Below, piece by piece: positions 1-9,903 of a DNA stretch of 64,000 nucleotides. Location: IMG/VR virus record IMGVR_UViG_3300009001_000006, positions 32,001 through 96,000 of that record; one strand, 5' to 3'. Under the pieces are notes generated by a model. That model was given only the letters and a program-made list of their open reading frames with translations, did no database searches and had not been told where the DNA came from. How positions within the stretch are numbered: the stretch's first letter is position 1; each line of letters begins with the position of its first letter. The position numbers and the translations under genes were made by a program. This DNA comes from a virus.

Positions 1-744
1 GCTGATTGTAAAGCGGGCAATGTTGTTAATATGCCTTTAGGTTTTATGTCTGGTCGTGCCGTAAGTCAAAATACTAACTATATGTTTGAGCAGAATAACA
101 ATAATGAATATTTTGGTAAAATTTTTTGGAGAGGCAGAATATCAACCCACAACCGTAGATCTAAAATTATATCATATTTTACAAGTAACAAGTCTGGTCA
201 AGTAGATGTAAACCGCTGGAACATAGATGGTGGAAAATATGGTATTTATGGACAATCTCACTTACCTCCTCCCCCAAAAAAAGAATATGAAAATTACTTT
301 AATGCATTAAAAAACTCTGATTTTTTCTTGGTAATTAGAGGAGATAAACCTTGGACAAAAAGTTTTATGGATTGTTTAAGAGCAGGGGCCATTCCTGTGT
401 GCATAGATACATTTTATCAAGACATGGGCTGGGAAAATATCAATATACAACCAGAAGATTTATTCTTGCATTTCAGTACTGAAACATACTCGGTCGAAGA
501 AATATACGATAAATGTTTGGAAGTTTTACAAAACAAAGATCGCGTTCTTTACATGAAAAATAATATTAATCAGTTTTATAAAAAATATATTCTGACCGAT
601 AGAACTGTTAAAAATAATTACAGCACTCAATGTTGGGGCGATTTTATTGCTGCTAAGATATTAGAAATACAAAGAAATGATTACAAATTAATTAGCAATC
701 AGTTTATATCTCCTCTTGTTAATGAGATTAAGGAATTACTATGA
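1..744 (+). CDS. Exostosin-family (GT47-like) glycosyltransferase, 5'-truncated
   Basis: IRGDKPWTKSFMDCLRAGAIPV resembles the exostosin PxGxxxxSxRxxEAxxxGCIPV motif; frame is open back to base 1. Confidence 0.65.
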   Translation, partial: ADCKAGNVVNMPLGFMSGRAVSQNTNYMFEQNNNNEYFGKIFWRGRISTHNRRSKIISYFTSNKSGQVDVNRWNIDGGKYGIYGQSHLPPPPKKEYENYFNALKNSDFFLVIRGDKPWTKSFMDCLRAGAIPVCIDTFYQDMGWENINIQPEDLFLHFSTETYSVEEIYDKCLEVLQNKDRVLYMKNNINQFYKKYILTDRTVKNNYSTQCWGDFIAAKILEIQRNDYKLISNQFISPLVNEIKELL

Positions 745-1316
745 TAAATCACGAACATAAATTTATTTTTATACATATTCCCAGAACAGGTGGCTCAAGC
801 ATAGAATCTCAATTTAATTTTTTCTTACCCTCTGGGCCTAAACACTGGATATTAAATGACTGGAAAAAATATCTAGAGCCTGAGATTTTTGATTCTTATT
901 TCAAGTTCAGTTTTGTTAGAAATCCTTGGGATTTTATCATATCAAAATATATGTCTTCTTATTTTTCTTTTAATAATCGAGGAGGACGGATTGGGAAGAA
1001 AGCAGGCAAAACATTAAAATACTTTCTTGAACATTATAAGACACCAAAACACGAACATGGCGAAACTTTTCATGACTATTTTAAACCAGAACAAATGGAT
1101 TTTATCGGTAGATTTGAAAATCGAGAAAATGATTTGAATTATATATCAAAAAAAATTGGTTTAGATATTGATACAAAAACTCACATTAAGAAAATTCAAA
1201 TGCTAGACAAAAACAAAAAACACTATACTTATTATTATGACGAAGAAACAAAACAAATTGTTGCGGAACGATATGCAAAAGATATCGAATATTTTGGGTA
1301 TAAGTTTGAGAGTTAA
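741..1316 (+). CDS. Sulfotransferase family 2 protein
   Basis: FIHIPRTGGSSI (5'-PSB loop), FSFVRNPWD (3'-PB), FIGRFEN, C-terminal YAKDIEYFGY. Confidence 0.85.
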   Translation: MINHEHKFIFIHIPRTGGSSIESQFNFFLPSGPKHWILNDWKKYLEPEIFDSYFKFSFVRNPWDFIISKYMSSYFSFNNRGGRIGKKAGKTLKYFLEHYKTPKHEHGETFHDYFKPEQMDFIGRFENRENDLNYISKKIGLDIDTKTHIKKIQMLDKNKKHYTYYYDEETKQIVAERYAKDIEYFGYKFES

Positions 1317-1319
1317 TAC

Positions 1320-2054
1320 ATGCAAAGTATCACTTACCAAATCACAAACAGGGGGTTATGTTCTGAGTTAAATAGTTTGTGTGGTTTCTACGAGAGCGTT
1401 GTGAATAAAGATTGCCAAATATTCATAGATGATAGTTGCTCCCAATATTTTAAAAAAGTTTCAATTTATGATATTTTTGATTTTGGAGATATGTTTGTCA
1501 AAAAGCCAATACCCAACTCGGAAATAATTTCTTCTAACAAATGTAGAAAAGCCGCTAGAAAAAACCATTTCAAACACACAGAAAGTTTTAAGCTAAAAAT
1601 ATATAACAATATAAATCAACTAAATTTGCCAAAAGTTTATAAGTGTTTCCACATTCGCAGAGGAGATAAGGTTGGGGAGAAGCACTACAAATGGACAGAG
1701 AAAACAGGAAAGAAAGAATCTAAAAGATACGAATTCATTGAATACCTAAATAATTCTGATAGATCTATCTCAAGTATTTTTATAATGACAGATGACCACA
1801 AAGTAATAAAAGAAGCAGAAAAATATCAAGCGGATGACTTGTATTATTTAACAACAAAAGATCAACAAGGGCATTCTACAGATGAGGATTTAGAAAGGGA
1901 TAGGGCATATACAGAAACAGGCTTGGTGAAATTTTTTACAGAGATAGAGATTGCGAAAGGATCGGCTCAGTTTGTTGGAACAAAAAGCAGTAACGTTTTT
2001 CGCTATATAAGAAATCAATGCACAAATAATTTAGAATTTATTAGTTTAGACTAA
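1320..2054 (+). CDS. Fucosyltransferase-like GT (GT23/NodZ/FUT8-like)
   Basis: GLCSELN start, HIRRGDK motif I, IFIMTDD motif II, FVGTKSSNV motif III. Confidence 0.7.
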   Translation: MQSITYQITNRGLCSELNSLCGFYESVVNKDCQIFIDDSCSQYFKKVSIYDIFDFGDMFVKKPIPNSEIISSNKCRKAARKNHFKHTESFKLKIYNNINQLNLPKVYKCFHIRRGDKVGEKHYKWTEKTGKKESKRYEFIEYLNNSDRSISSIFIMTDDHKVIKEAEKYQADDLYYLTTKDQQGHSTDEDLERDRAYTETGLVKFFTEIEIAKGSAQFVGTKSSNVFRYIRNQCTNNLEFISLD

Positions 2055-2059
2055 CATTT

Positions 2060-2791
2060 ATGATAAGAGCAAAACTTAAAGGCAGATTAGGAAACCAATT
2101 GTTTCAATATGCTATATGTAGAATAGTAGCAGAAAAAAATGGATATAATTATAGCATACCGAAAGAATGGCAGGGACAAAGACTATTTGAGTGTTCCCTT
2201 GGTGTTGATTGTACACATGAAGAAAATCTCAACACATTCAACGAAGGAGAAAACAAGTTTAACCCAGACGTGTTTAATGTAAAAGATAATACTATTATTG
2301 AGGGATTTTGGCAGTCTGATAAATATCTTGCTGGGTATGAAGAACAGGTTAAAGAATGGTTTAGGCCTAGCAAAATAAAACCAATAAAAATGAAAGATAA
2401 CACATGCGTCATACATTTGAGAATGAAAGACAGATATAATAGAGACTTAAAGTTACCTAAAGAATATTTTGAAACAGCAAAAGAAATCGTAAAAAGTAAA
2501 GTAGATCAATCTATTAAATTTTTAATAGTGACGGATAGTCCAGACGGGGCGAAAAGTTATTTTAAAGACGATAAAATAATAAGCAGCACCCTCACGGAGG
2601 ATTTTATAACTATCTATCAAGCCAGATATAAAATTATAAGTGCTTCTACTTTTTCTTGGTGGGCTAGTTGGCTGAATGCAACAGAGGACTCGTTGATTAT
2701 TGCTCCAAATAAATGGATGCATTACAATAAAATAAACAGTAATTTATTTTTTCCAAGAGATATTAAAACAGATAAATTTACATACATATAA
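2060..2791 (+). CDS. Alpha-1,2-fucosyltransferase-like GT (GT11)
   Basis: GRLGNQLFQYA, GFWQSDKY, VIHLR, IISASTFSWWASWL, IAPNKW. Confidence 0.85.
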   Translation: MIRAKLKGRLGNQLFQYAICRIVAEKNGYNYSIPKEWQGQRLFECSLGVDCTHEENLNTFNEGENKFNPDVFNVKDNTIIEGFWQSDKYLAGYEEQVKEWFRPSKIKPIKMKDNTCVIHLRMKDRYNRDLKLPKEYFETAKEIVKSKVDQSIKFLIVTDSPDGAKSYFKDDKIISSTLTEDFITIYQARYKIISASTFSWWASWLNATEDSLIIAPNKWMHYNKINSNLFFPRDIKTDKFTYI

Positions 2792-2854
2792 TCTAAACCC
2801 AAGTATTTCTGGTACAAACTTGAATAATAGCAACTATGATTGATCACAAACATA

Positions 2855-2882
2855 TTGACAATCGGGTGTCTATGCGTATAAT
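2855..2882 (+). promoter_or_regulatory. Sigma70-type promoter (TTGACA-N16-TATAAT), likely giving a leaderless mRNA
   Basis: Perfect -35 at 2855-2860 and -10 at 2877-2882; ATG at 2889. Confidence 0.75.
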
Positions 2883-2888
2883 AGTCTT

Positions 2889-3353
2889 ATGAGACCAGAT
2901 TGGACAGATTATTTTTTAGGATTAGCTAAGGTTGTTTCGCAACGTAGTCACGACATACACACACGGCATGGTTGTGTAATCACAGACAAGCAGCACCGAA
3001 TATTAGGTGTAGGCTATAATGGCTTCCCTAAAGGCATGGATGATTCTACGCTCCCTACTTCTCGTCCAGAAAAATATCATTGGATGATTCATGCAGAAAG
3101 GAATGCCCTCTCTAATTGTGTAATTCGTCCAGATCATGGAATAGCGTATGTCACAGGACAATCCTGCAATGATTGCATTATGGCTTTGTGGCAAGAAGGA
3201 ATTACCAAAGTAATTATGGCTAATAGTCACGGGACAAAACTTTTTGATGAAGAAGCACAAAAACGCTTCGATTTATTTGTTGAACAAACAGGCATTGAAA
3301 TTTTAAAAGTAGAGCCAAATTTTGAATGGTTAAAAAATCTTCAATCAATCTGA
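2889..3353 (+). CDS. dCMP deaminase
   Basis: W.DYF, GYNGFP, HAERNA and CxxC (SCNDC) zinc ligands. Confidence 0.92.
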   Translation: MRPDWTDYFLGLAKVVSQRSHDIHTRHGCVITDKQHRILGVGYNGFPKGMDDSTLPTSRPEKYHWMIHAERNALSNCVIRPDHGIAYVTGQSCNDCIMALWQEGITKVIMANSHGTKLFDEEAQKRFDLFVEQTGIEILKVEPNFEWLKNLQSI

Positions 3354-3372
3354 ATATGATTCTTACTTTGGC

Positions 3373-3383
3373 GGTGTATACTA
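3373..3383 (+). promoter_or_regulatory. Candidate phage-specific promoter motif GGTGTATACTA
   Basis: Identical 11-mer occurs upstream of the tail tube gene; variants lie upstream of the portal, adaptor and fibre genes. Confidence 0.5.
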
Positions 3384-3500
3384 AATTATAACAATAACAA
3401 TTCTTTAACCCTACAGCCCTTGATTTATGTCTACTATGAGTTATCATATCGTAAAGACTAATCTTAATTCTTAACAAGGGTTGCATTCTGAGGAGATAGC

Positions 3501-5699
3501 ATGTCGGCATTGAACGAGCTTCAAAACTACACTTTCGTTAGCAAATACGCCAGATGGATAGAAAAAGAAAATAGGAGAGAAACATGGAAAGAAGCCGTCG
3601 ATCGTGTAAAAAACATGATGCGTCAACAATATGCCGATAAAAATATATCAGAACAAATAGATTGGGCGTATGAGCTCATGTTTAAAAAAAGGGTGCTAGG
3701 TAGCCAAAGAGCTTTACAATTTGGTGGAGAACCCATTCTAAAGCGTCACGCTAAGATATATAATTGTACTAGCTCCTATTGTGATAGATTAAGATTTTTT
3801 CAGGAATGTTTTTGGCTACTATTGTGCGGTAGTGGTACGGGTTTTAGTGTGCAAAAACATCATGTTGCTAAATTGCCTCAATTGTCACAAAACAAAAAAG
3901 ACAAAAGAAAAGGTGTAAAGTATATTATAGAAGATAGTATTGAAGGCTGGGCAGATGCCTTGGGTGTTTTATTAAGCTCATACTTTAATAAGCCTAGCGA
4001 GCCAAAATTCAGCGAATATAAAGATCAATATATAGTTTTTGATTATAGTAATATTCGAGAAAAAGGCGCACAACTATCATCTGGTGTTGGTAAGGCTCCT
4101 GGGTTTGAGCCATTACAAAATGGTTTAGAAAAAATTAGAGAACTACTAGATATTTGTGTTAACAATGGCCAAAAAAAACTCAGACCAATTGACGCTTATG
4201 ATATTATTATGCACAGCAGCGATGCTGTACTATCTGGTGGCGTTCGTAGAAGTGCGTCGTTAGCGCTGTTTAGCGCAGATGATGAAGAAATGGCAAAAGC
4301 CAAAACTGGTAATTGGTATATGGAAAACCCCCAAAGAGCCAGAAGCAATAATTCCGCACTACTGTTAAAAGATAATACATCTTATGAAAATTTCCTAAAT
4401 CTTATGGAATCTGTCAAAGAATTTGGTGAGCCAGGATTTATCTGGAGCGATTCTACAGAAATGACCTTTAATCCGTGCGTGGAGGTTGGGATGTGGCCTG
4501 TCGATGAAAAAACGGGTAAATCCGGATGGCAAGGCTGTAATCTTTCTACAATTAATTGCTCATCAGTTACAGACGAAGAAGATTTTTATGAAAGATGCAA
4601 AGCCGCTGCTATTATAGGCACACTACAAGCTGGTTTTACTAACCTGGAATATCTTGGGGAAGTTAGTAAGTCTATTTTTGATAGAGAGGCACTACTTGGT
4701 GTATCACTAACAGGCATTATGGAAAAACACGACCTCGTATTAACAGAAAAGGTTCTGAAGGCTGGAGCAAAAATTGCCGTTGATACAAACAAAGAGCTTT
4801 CTAAAAAAATCGACATCAATCAAGCGGCGAGGGTGACTTGTTTAAAACCAGAAGGTACTAGTAGCTCTATGCTTGGTACAAGCTCTGGTATTCACCCACA
4901 CCACGCCAAGAGATACATTAGACATGTGCAGGCTAATATTTTGGAGCCACCATATCAATATTTTAAAAGTTATAACCCACAGGCTTGTGAAAAATCATCA
5001 TGGTCTGCAAATAATACAGATGAGGTCATCAAATTTCCTATCGAAGTACCAGATGGTTCAAAGCTCAAAAATCAATTACCAGCAGTAGAAATGTTATCTG
5101 TTGTTAAGGATGCTCAAAGAAACTGGGTACAGTCTGGTAAAAACAGATCCTTGTGTACACAAGAATTTTTAAGTCATAATGTTAGCAACACTGTCACCGT
5201 GCAACCAGACGAATGGGAGGATGTAACTAAATACATCTACAATAACCGTAAATATTTTGCTGGCATTAGTCTGATTCCGCAAAGCGGAGACAAAGACTAT
5301 CCACAAGCCCCATTCACTACCGTTTTAACGAGTCGTGAAATAGTTAAAGAGTATGGTGATGCAGCTCTGTGGTGCTCTGGTTTAATTGAACTTGGTCTCA
5401 ATGCCTTTGATAATAACCTCTGGGCAGCTTGTGATTATATAACACTTAGCCAAGAAACAGATAAAGATGGTGATGATAAGCAGTTATTCTCTCTTAAAAT
5501 GAGGAGGTTTGCAAAAAAATATTTTGATGAAGATATCAAGAGACTAACATACTGTATGAAAGATGTATATAATTGGAAAATTTATACTGATTTATATGAT
5601 AGTTTTTCCAAAGTCGATTACACACAACTATTAGAAACAGAGGATAATACAGTAGGGATTGAGGAAATTAGTTGTGCTGGTGGAGCATGCCTGATTTAA
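3501..5699 (+). CDS. nrdJ: Class II (adenosylcobalamin-dependent) ribonucleotide reductase, monomeric type
   Basis: YNC, GGVRRSA, NPCVE catalytic motif, CNL, KPEGTSS, C-terminal CAGGAC redox pair; SD GAGGAG; no small-subunit gene adjacent. Confidence 0.9.
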   Translation: MSALNELQNYTFVSKYARWIEKENRRETWKEAVDRVKNMMRQQYADKNISEQIDWAYELMFKKRVLGSQRALQFGGEPILKRHAKIYNCTSSYCDRLRFFQECFWLLLCGSGTGFSVQKHHVAKLPQLSQNKKDKRKGVKYIIEDSIEGWADALGVLLSSYFNKPSEPKFSEYKDQYIVFDYSNIREKGAQLSSGVGKAPGFEPLQNGLEKIRELLDICVNNGQKKLRPIDAYDIIMHSSDAVLSGGVRRSASLALFSADDEEMAKAKTGNWYMENPQRARSNNSALLLKDNTSYENFLNLMESVKEFGEPGFIWSDSTEMTFNPCVEVGMWPVDEKTGKSGWQGCNLSTINCSSVTDEEDFYERCKAAAIIGTLQAGFTNLEYLGEVSKSIFDREALLGVSLTGIMEKHDLVLTEKVLKAGAKIAVDTNKELSKKIDINQAARVTCLKPEGTSSSMLGTSSGIHPHHAKRYIRHVQANILEPPYQYFKSYNPQACEKSSWSANNTDEVIKFPIEVPDGSKLKNQLPAVEMLSVVKDAQRNWVQSGKNRSLCTQEFLSHNVSNTVTVQPDEWEDVTKYIYNNRKYFAGISLIPQSGDKDYPQAPFTTVLTSREIVKEYGDAALWCSGLIELGLNAFDNNLWAACDYITLSQETDKDGDDKQLFSLKMRRFAKKYFDEDIKRLTYCMKDVYNWKIYTDLYDSFSKVDYTQLLETEDNTVGIEEISCAGGACLI

Positions 5700-5722
5700 T
5701 TCTTTCCTGAAAGGGTATTATT

Positions 5723-6427
5723 TTGACTAGAAAAAGAAAAAAAATAGACAATAAAATTGTGCCTCCAGAAAAAGCTATAGGTTTTAAAAATCAATTAAAG
5801 CCTAGAAGCATAAACCAAAAAAACTATATAAGAATGGTGGCAGACAATACCGTTACATTCTGCCAAGGTGTTGCGGGTAGCGGTAAAACTCATATTGCTA
5901 TCGGTATGGCTTTAGAATATTTGGTATTTAATAAGGTTGAAAAAATTGTTATTACCAGACCTGTTGTAGAAGCTGGTGAAAGGCTAGGCTTTTTACCAGG
6001 AACAGCTGAAGAAAAACTTCATCCCTACTTGCTTCCTATCTTTGATGAAATTAACTATTTTTTAGAAATGCATAGTTATGCAAAATTAAAAACAGGTAGA
6101 CAAATAGAAATAGTACCTTTGGGGCTTATGAGAGGTAGAAGTTTTCATAAAGCTTTTATAGTTGCTGATGAGTGTCAAAACGCCTCTTATGATCAATTAA
6201 AAATGCTATTGACAAGAATAGGTACGGATAGTAAAATGGTATTAACTGGTGATGTGGCACAATCTGATTTGCAATATCAACAGAGGGGTGGTTTCTATAG
6301 ATTAGCGCACGTTTTAGAAGAAGTAGATGGTGTTGGCGTTACTTCTTTAGAAGCATCTGATATAGTGAGAAATCCAATCATAGGTAAAATTATAGATAAA
6401 ATTAATCAAGATGAACACCAAGCATAA
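5723..6427 (+). CDS. phoH: PhoH-family ATPase
   Basis: GVAGSGKT, ITRPVVEAGERLGFLPG, MRGRSF, DECQN, LTRIG, GDVAQSD, DIVRNP. Confidence 0.95.
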   Translation: MTRKRKKIDNKIVPPEKAIGFKNQLKPRSINQKNYIRMVADNTVTFCQGVAGSGKTHIAIGMALEYLVFNKVEKIVITRPVVEAGERLGFLPGTAEEKLHPYLLPIFDEINYFLEMHSYAKLKTGRQIEIVPLGLMRGRSFHKAFIVADECQNASYDQLKMLLTRIGTDSKMVLTGDVAQSDLQYQQRGGFYRLAHVLEEVDGVGVTSLEASDIVRNPIIGKIIDKINQDEHQA

Positions 6428-6977
6428 ACCTTGTTTAGTGCTTAATCTAGACTATACGCCAATATCTATTATTGATTGGCGTATAGCTATAACTTGGTAC
6501 TTTAAGACATTAAATAAAAAAAGACCAATTGTGGATATTATACAATACTATCCACACGAATCCATTATCGGTTGCTCAAAGCAGTACGCAATACCTAGTA
6601 TTATTAAGCTTAATAATTATGTAAAATCTAATAGAAATAGCGTTAAATTTTCTAGAAAAAATTTATTCTTAAGAGATAATAACACATGTCAATATTGTGG
6701 TAAAGAATATCTTCCGCATAAATTAACATATGATCATGTTATTCCAAAATCAAAATGGAACAGTAAGAAATCGGCCACATCATGGGAAAATATCGTTACC
6801 TCCTGTAATTTTTGTAATAGAAAAAAGGGCGACAAAACACCAGAACAAGCTAATATGAAATTATTATCCATACCTAGAAAACCCTCTTTTAGCTATAAGT
6901 TCTTGCCTTGGTACGACACAATGACTAATATAGGATATATATCTGAATGGTCTGATTTCTTGCCCGTGGAGCATTAA
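6411..6977 (+). CDS. HNH endonuclease
   Basis: LVLN..Y.P, RDNNTCQYCG, TYDHVIPKS, WENIVTSCNFCNRKKG. Confidence 0.92.
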   Translation: MNTKHKPCLVLNLDYTPISIIDWRIAITWYFKTLNKKRPIVDIIQYYPHESIIGCSKQYAIPSIIKLNNYVKSNRNSVKFSRKNLFLRDNNTCQYCGKEYLPHKLTYDHVIPKSKWNSKKSATSWENIVTSCNFCNRKKGDKTPEQANMKLLSIPRKPSFSYKFLPWYDTMTNIGYISEWSDFLPVEH

Positions 6978-7394
6978 ATGAAAATCGACAAAACACAATT
7001 TCATGTAACCCATCATAAAATTGGCACTAAAGAAAATAAATTATACACATCTAAAGACAATGCTACTTTTTTAGATGAGGATGATTTTCCACGAACAGAT
7101 AATATAGACGAAGCTTATGCTAAAGCTATTTGTAACAAGAAAACAAAACATATCACAGACCGAAAAAAGCATTATAGTTATTATATTAAATGTAGCCCGG
7201 ATCAGGAAGCCTTTAATCCGATAAAACTACACTCATCCATCAAAGATAAAACAACAAATAATTTCATCAACTCTATTTGTAAAAACGAATGGAGGTTTAG
7301 AGAGGTAGATCAGGTTATTTTTGATAAATACATTTCATTCTTAAAAAACGAAAATATAGTATTACTAAAAGATATTAATAGGAGTTTAAAATAA
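6978..7394 (+). CDS. Hypothetical protein
   Basis: 138-aa ORF abutting both neighbours. Confidence 0.7.
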   Translation: MKIDKTQFHVTHHKIGTKENKLYTSKDNATFLDEDDFPRTDNIDEAYAKAICNKKTKHITDRKKHYSYYIKCSPDQEAFNPIKLHSSIKDKTTNNFINSICKNEWRFREVDQVIFDKYISFLKNENIVLLKDINRSLK

Positions 7395-7736
7395 TTGCCG
7401 TCATACACATATCTATGCGACGAGTGCGGGCTAAAAACAGAAGTTTTTTTTACACTTAAAGATTACAAAGAAACCATAGAGTGTTCATGTGGTGCGGATA
7501 TGAGAAGGTCTTATCAGGATGATCTTATGAATATGGGTGGTTCTGTTATAAAGTCAGATTCGGAATTAAAGACTATAGGAGATTTAGCCAATAGAAATAG
7601 AGACAGAATGACAGACGACCATAAGGCAGCATTATATGAGAAACATAATTCTTATAAAGATGAAGCCGATAAAAAACCTATGCCTACCGGAATGTCTAGA
7701 ATGAAAAAACCAAAACAAAAGTTTAAATGGAGATAA
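7395..7736 (+). CDS. FmdB-family zinc-ribbon protein
   Basis: MPSYTYLCDECG...ECSCG; TTG start with GGAG upstream. Confidence 0.75.
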   Translation: MPSYTYLCDECGLKTEVFFTLKDYKETIECSCGADMRRSYQDDLMNMGGSVIKSDSELKTIGDLANRNRDRMTDDHKAALYEKHNSYKDEADKKPMPTGMSRMKKPKQKFKWR

Positions 7737-8059
7737 ATATGAGAAAAAATAAAAATCAAGAATATGCTATATTATGGTTAGCTTCACAAAATAAAAAACC
7801 GGCAGAAATAGCCGATGAATTAAATGTAGGTATAGAAAAAGTAGAAGCAGCGATTAGGGTAAATAGCGAACCAAAACCATCTAAGCAAAAAAAGAGTAGT
7901 AAGTCTAGAGATCTTATGATTAGTAGAACATCGAATAAAGGCAATAAAAGTGTAGCTATTATGACAGAACAAGCCTCTATGCTAAACGATGAGCTGAAAA
8001 AAAAGCAAAGAAGTCGTCCTAAAGATACTCAGAGCTATATTCATAAGCCAAACGAATAA
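7727..8059 (+). CDS. Hypothetical protein with N-terminal HTH (start may be 7739)
   Basis: KKPAEIADELNVGIEKV helix-turn-helix-like segment. Confidence 0.6.
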   Translation: MEINMRKNKNQEYAILWLASQNKKPAEIADELNVGIEKVEAAIRVNSEPKPSKQKKSSKSRDLMISRTSNKGNKSVAIMTEQASMLNDELKKKQRSRPKDTQSYIHKPNE

Positions 8060-8070
8060 ACCACAACATC

Positions 8071-8493
8071 ATGAGTGATAATAAATTTCCATCCAAATAC
8101 TCTAATGGTAAATTTGTATCTGCTGCTCAATTTATTACAGAAATGATATGTGAGAATAAAGCTCGGAAAGACAAGAAAGATTTACACTATAGATTTTGGA
8201 CCAACAAAGAGTGGGCATCTTTTTATAGAAGCCAGATAGCATCGGCACATAAACTACTTAAAAAATATGAAGTAATGGCTATAGCTAAGGCACTAAAACA
8301 TGATAAGGCTCGTAAAATTTATTCTTTGCGAGCACCACACCTCATACCTATCATAGATCAACAGCAGTATATTTTGGATCAACAGGTGCATAAAGATGTT
8401 GACTATAGTGAGAGTAGAGCTGTACAAAACAATGAATTCAGGAAAAGCACAAACAAAAAATCCATCATATCCAAACTCAGAGAGATAGAATAA
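8071..8493 (+). CDS. Hypothetical protein
   Basis: 140-aa ORF in operon upstream of recA. Confidence 0.7.
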   Translation: MSDNKFPSKYSNGKFVSAAQFITEMICENKARKDKKDLHYRFWTNKEWASFYRSQIASAHKLLKKYEVMAIAKALKHDKARKIYSLRAPHLIPIIDQQQYILDQQVHKDVDYSESRAVQNNEFRKSTNKKSIISKLREIE

Positions 8494-8494
8494 A

Positions 8495-9502
8495 ATGACA
8501 CTAAAGGATGATGTAAAAAAGAATTTTGGTAATGAAATTATCCAAAGCGCTAGTGCTCTTATGGATAGAGAATCTGTCATCATTCCGCTCAGTCCTGCAC
8601 TAGATATGGTCTTGGGTGGTGGTGTTCCAGAGGGTAGTTTTGTCGTGCTTACAGGACAGCCAAAATGTGGTAAAACCACGACATCTCTAGATTTCGCAGC
8701 GACAGCACAGAAGCCAGAATACCAAGGAAGCCTCAAGAAACCCAGACATGTGTATTACCTAAATATAGAGGGTAGGCTGAAAAAGAGGGATTTGCAAGGT
8801 ATCAAAGGTTTAGATATGGATCGGTTTGATATCATAGGCTCGCAAGAAGGTAAGATTTTACACGGTGAAGAGTATTTACAAATAGCAGAAAGAATTATTA
8901 ATGAAGAACCAGGTTCTATTTTAATTATTGATTCATATTCAGCTATATGTACAGCCGCAGAAATTACTAGCGATATGGATAAAATGCAAAGAGCTGATGG
9001 GGCAAAGTTATTGGCAAAATTTTGCCGTAAAGTCGCTAATGTAATTCCTGTCAATAAAAATGTTGTTATAGGAATTACTCACCTTATGGGTAATCCAACA
9101 GGATATGGTGCTGAATTTAAAGAAAAAAGTGGTCAGGCCATAGCATATCAAACTGATATTAAAATGAGAGCAAAAACATTCAAAGCATGGAATCTTACCG
9201 ACAACACTCAAATAGGTCAGACTGTTGAATGGCAAGTGTTGTGTTCGGCGTTAGGTCCTCCTGGTGGCGTTACAACATCATATATTAGATATGGAGATGG
9301 TATTGATAAAGTCACAGAGATTATGATGTTGGCAATCGATATAGGTATCATTGCTAAGGGTGGTGCTTGGTATAGTTTTGATTTAGACGGAGAAAAACAA
9401 AAATTCCAAGGAACAGAAAAACTCAGACAGTTTTTTGTTGACAATCCAGAAGCATATGATAAAATACTATCATTGACGAAGGAAACAATGGGAATCAAAT
9501 GA
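8495..9502 (+). CDS. recA: RecA/UvsX-like recombinase
   Basis: LDMVLGGGVPEG, Walker A GQPKCGKTT, Walker B IIDS, C-terminal KGGAWY and FQG. Confidence 0.9.
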   Translation: MTLKDDVKKNFGNEIIQSASALMDRESVIIPLSPALDMVLGGGVPEGSFVVLTGQPKCGKTTTSLDFAATAQKPEYQGSLKKPRHVYYLNIEGRLKKRDLQGIKGLDMDRFDIIGSQEGKILHGEEYLQIAERIINEEPGSILIIDSYSAICTAAEITSDMDKMQRADGAKLLAKFCRKVANVIPVNKNVVIGITHLMGNPTGYGAEFKEKSGQAIAYQTDIKMRAKTFKAWNLTDNTQIGQTVEWQVLCSALGPPGGVTTSYIRYGDGIDKVTEIMMLAIDIGIIAKGGAWYSFDLDGEKQKFQGTEKLRQFFVDNPEAYDKILSLTKETMGIK

Positions 9503-9903
9503 ATGCTGTAGGATTAGATGGTTATGAGTATAAAATTTCTTTAGCTTCATTAACCACTAAAAGTAGTTTAAATAATAAATCTAATTTCCATTTGTTAGCA
9601 AGGGAATTACTTAAACAAAACTATCCAACTTTGCAAATATTAGAAGAGATACCTATACAGATAAGAAAATCAGAAACTTTATATATGGATTTTTTTATAC
9701 CACTGAGTAAGAAATGCATAGAGGTTCACGGCGAACAGCATTATGAGTTCACACCATTTTATCATAGAACCAAATTAGATTTTTTTAAACAGCAAAAAAG
9801 GGACAGAGAAAAAAGAGAGTGGTGCCATATCAATAATATTGCTTATATAGAATTGCCATATAATAAACAAGAAGATTGGTTGGAGATTATTAATAATGCA
9901 TAA
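9499..9903 (+). CDS. DUF559/Vsr-like PD-(D/E)XK endonuclease
   Basis: MDFFIP, IEVHGEQHY, DREKREWC, IELPY. Confidence 0.75.
   Translation: MNAVGLDGYEYKISLASLTTKSSLNNKSNFHLLARELLKQNYPTLQILEEIPIQIRKSETLYMDFFIPLSKKCIEVHGEQHYEFTPFYHRTKLDFFKQQKRDREKREWCHINNIAYIELPYNKQEDWLEIINNA

Noticed and set aside
3354-3500. Cobalamin riboswitch before nrdJ
   Set aside because: No B12-box or conserved GGGAA core recognisable; only a hairpin is supported
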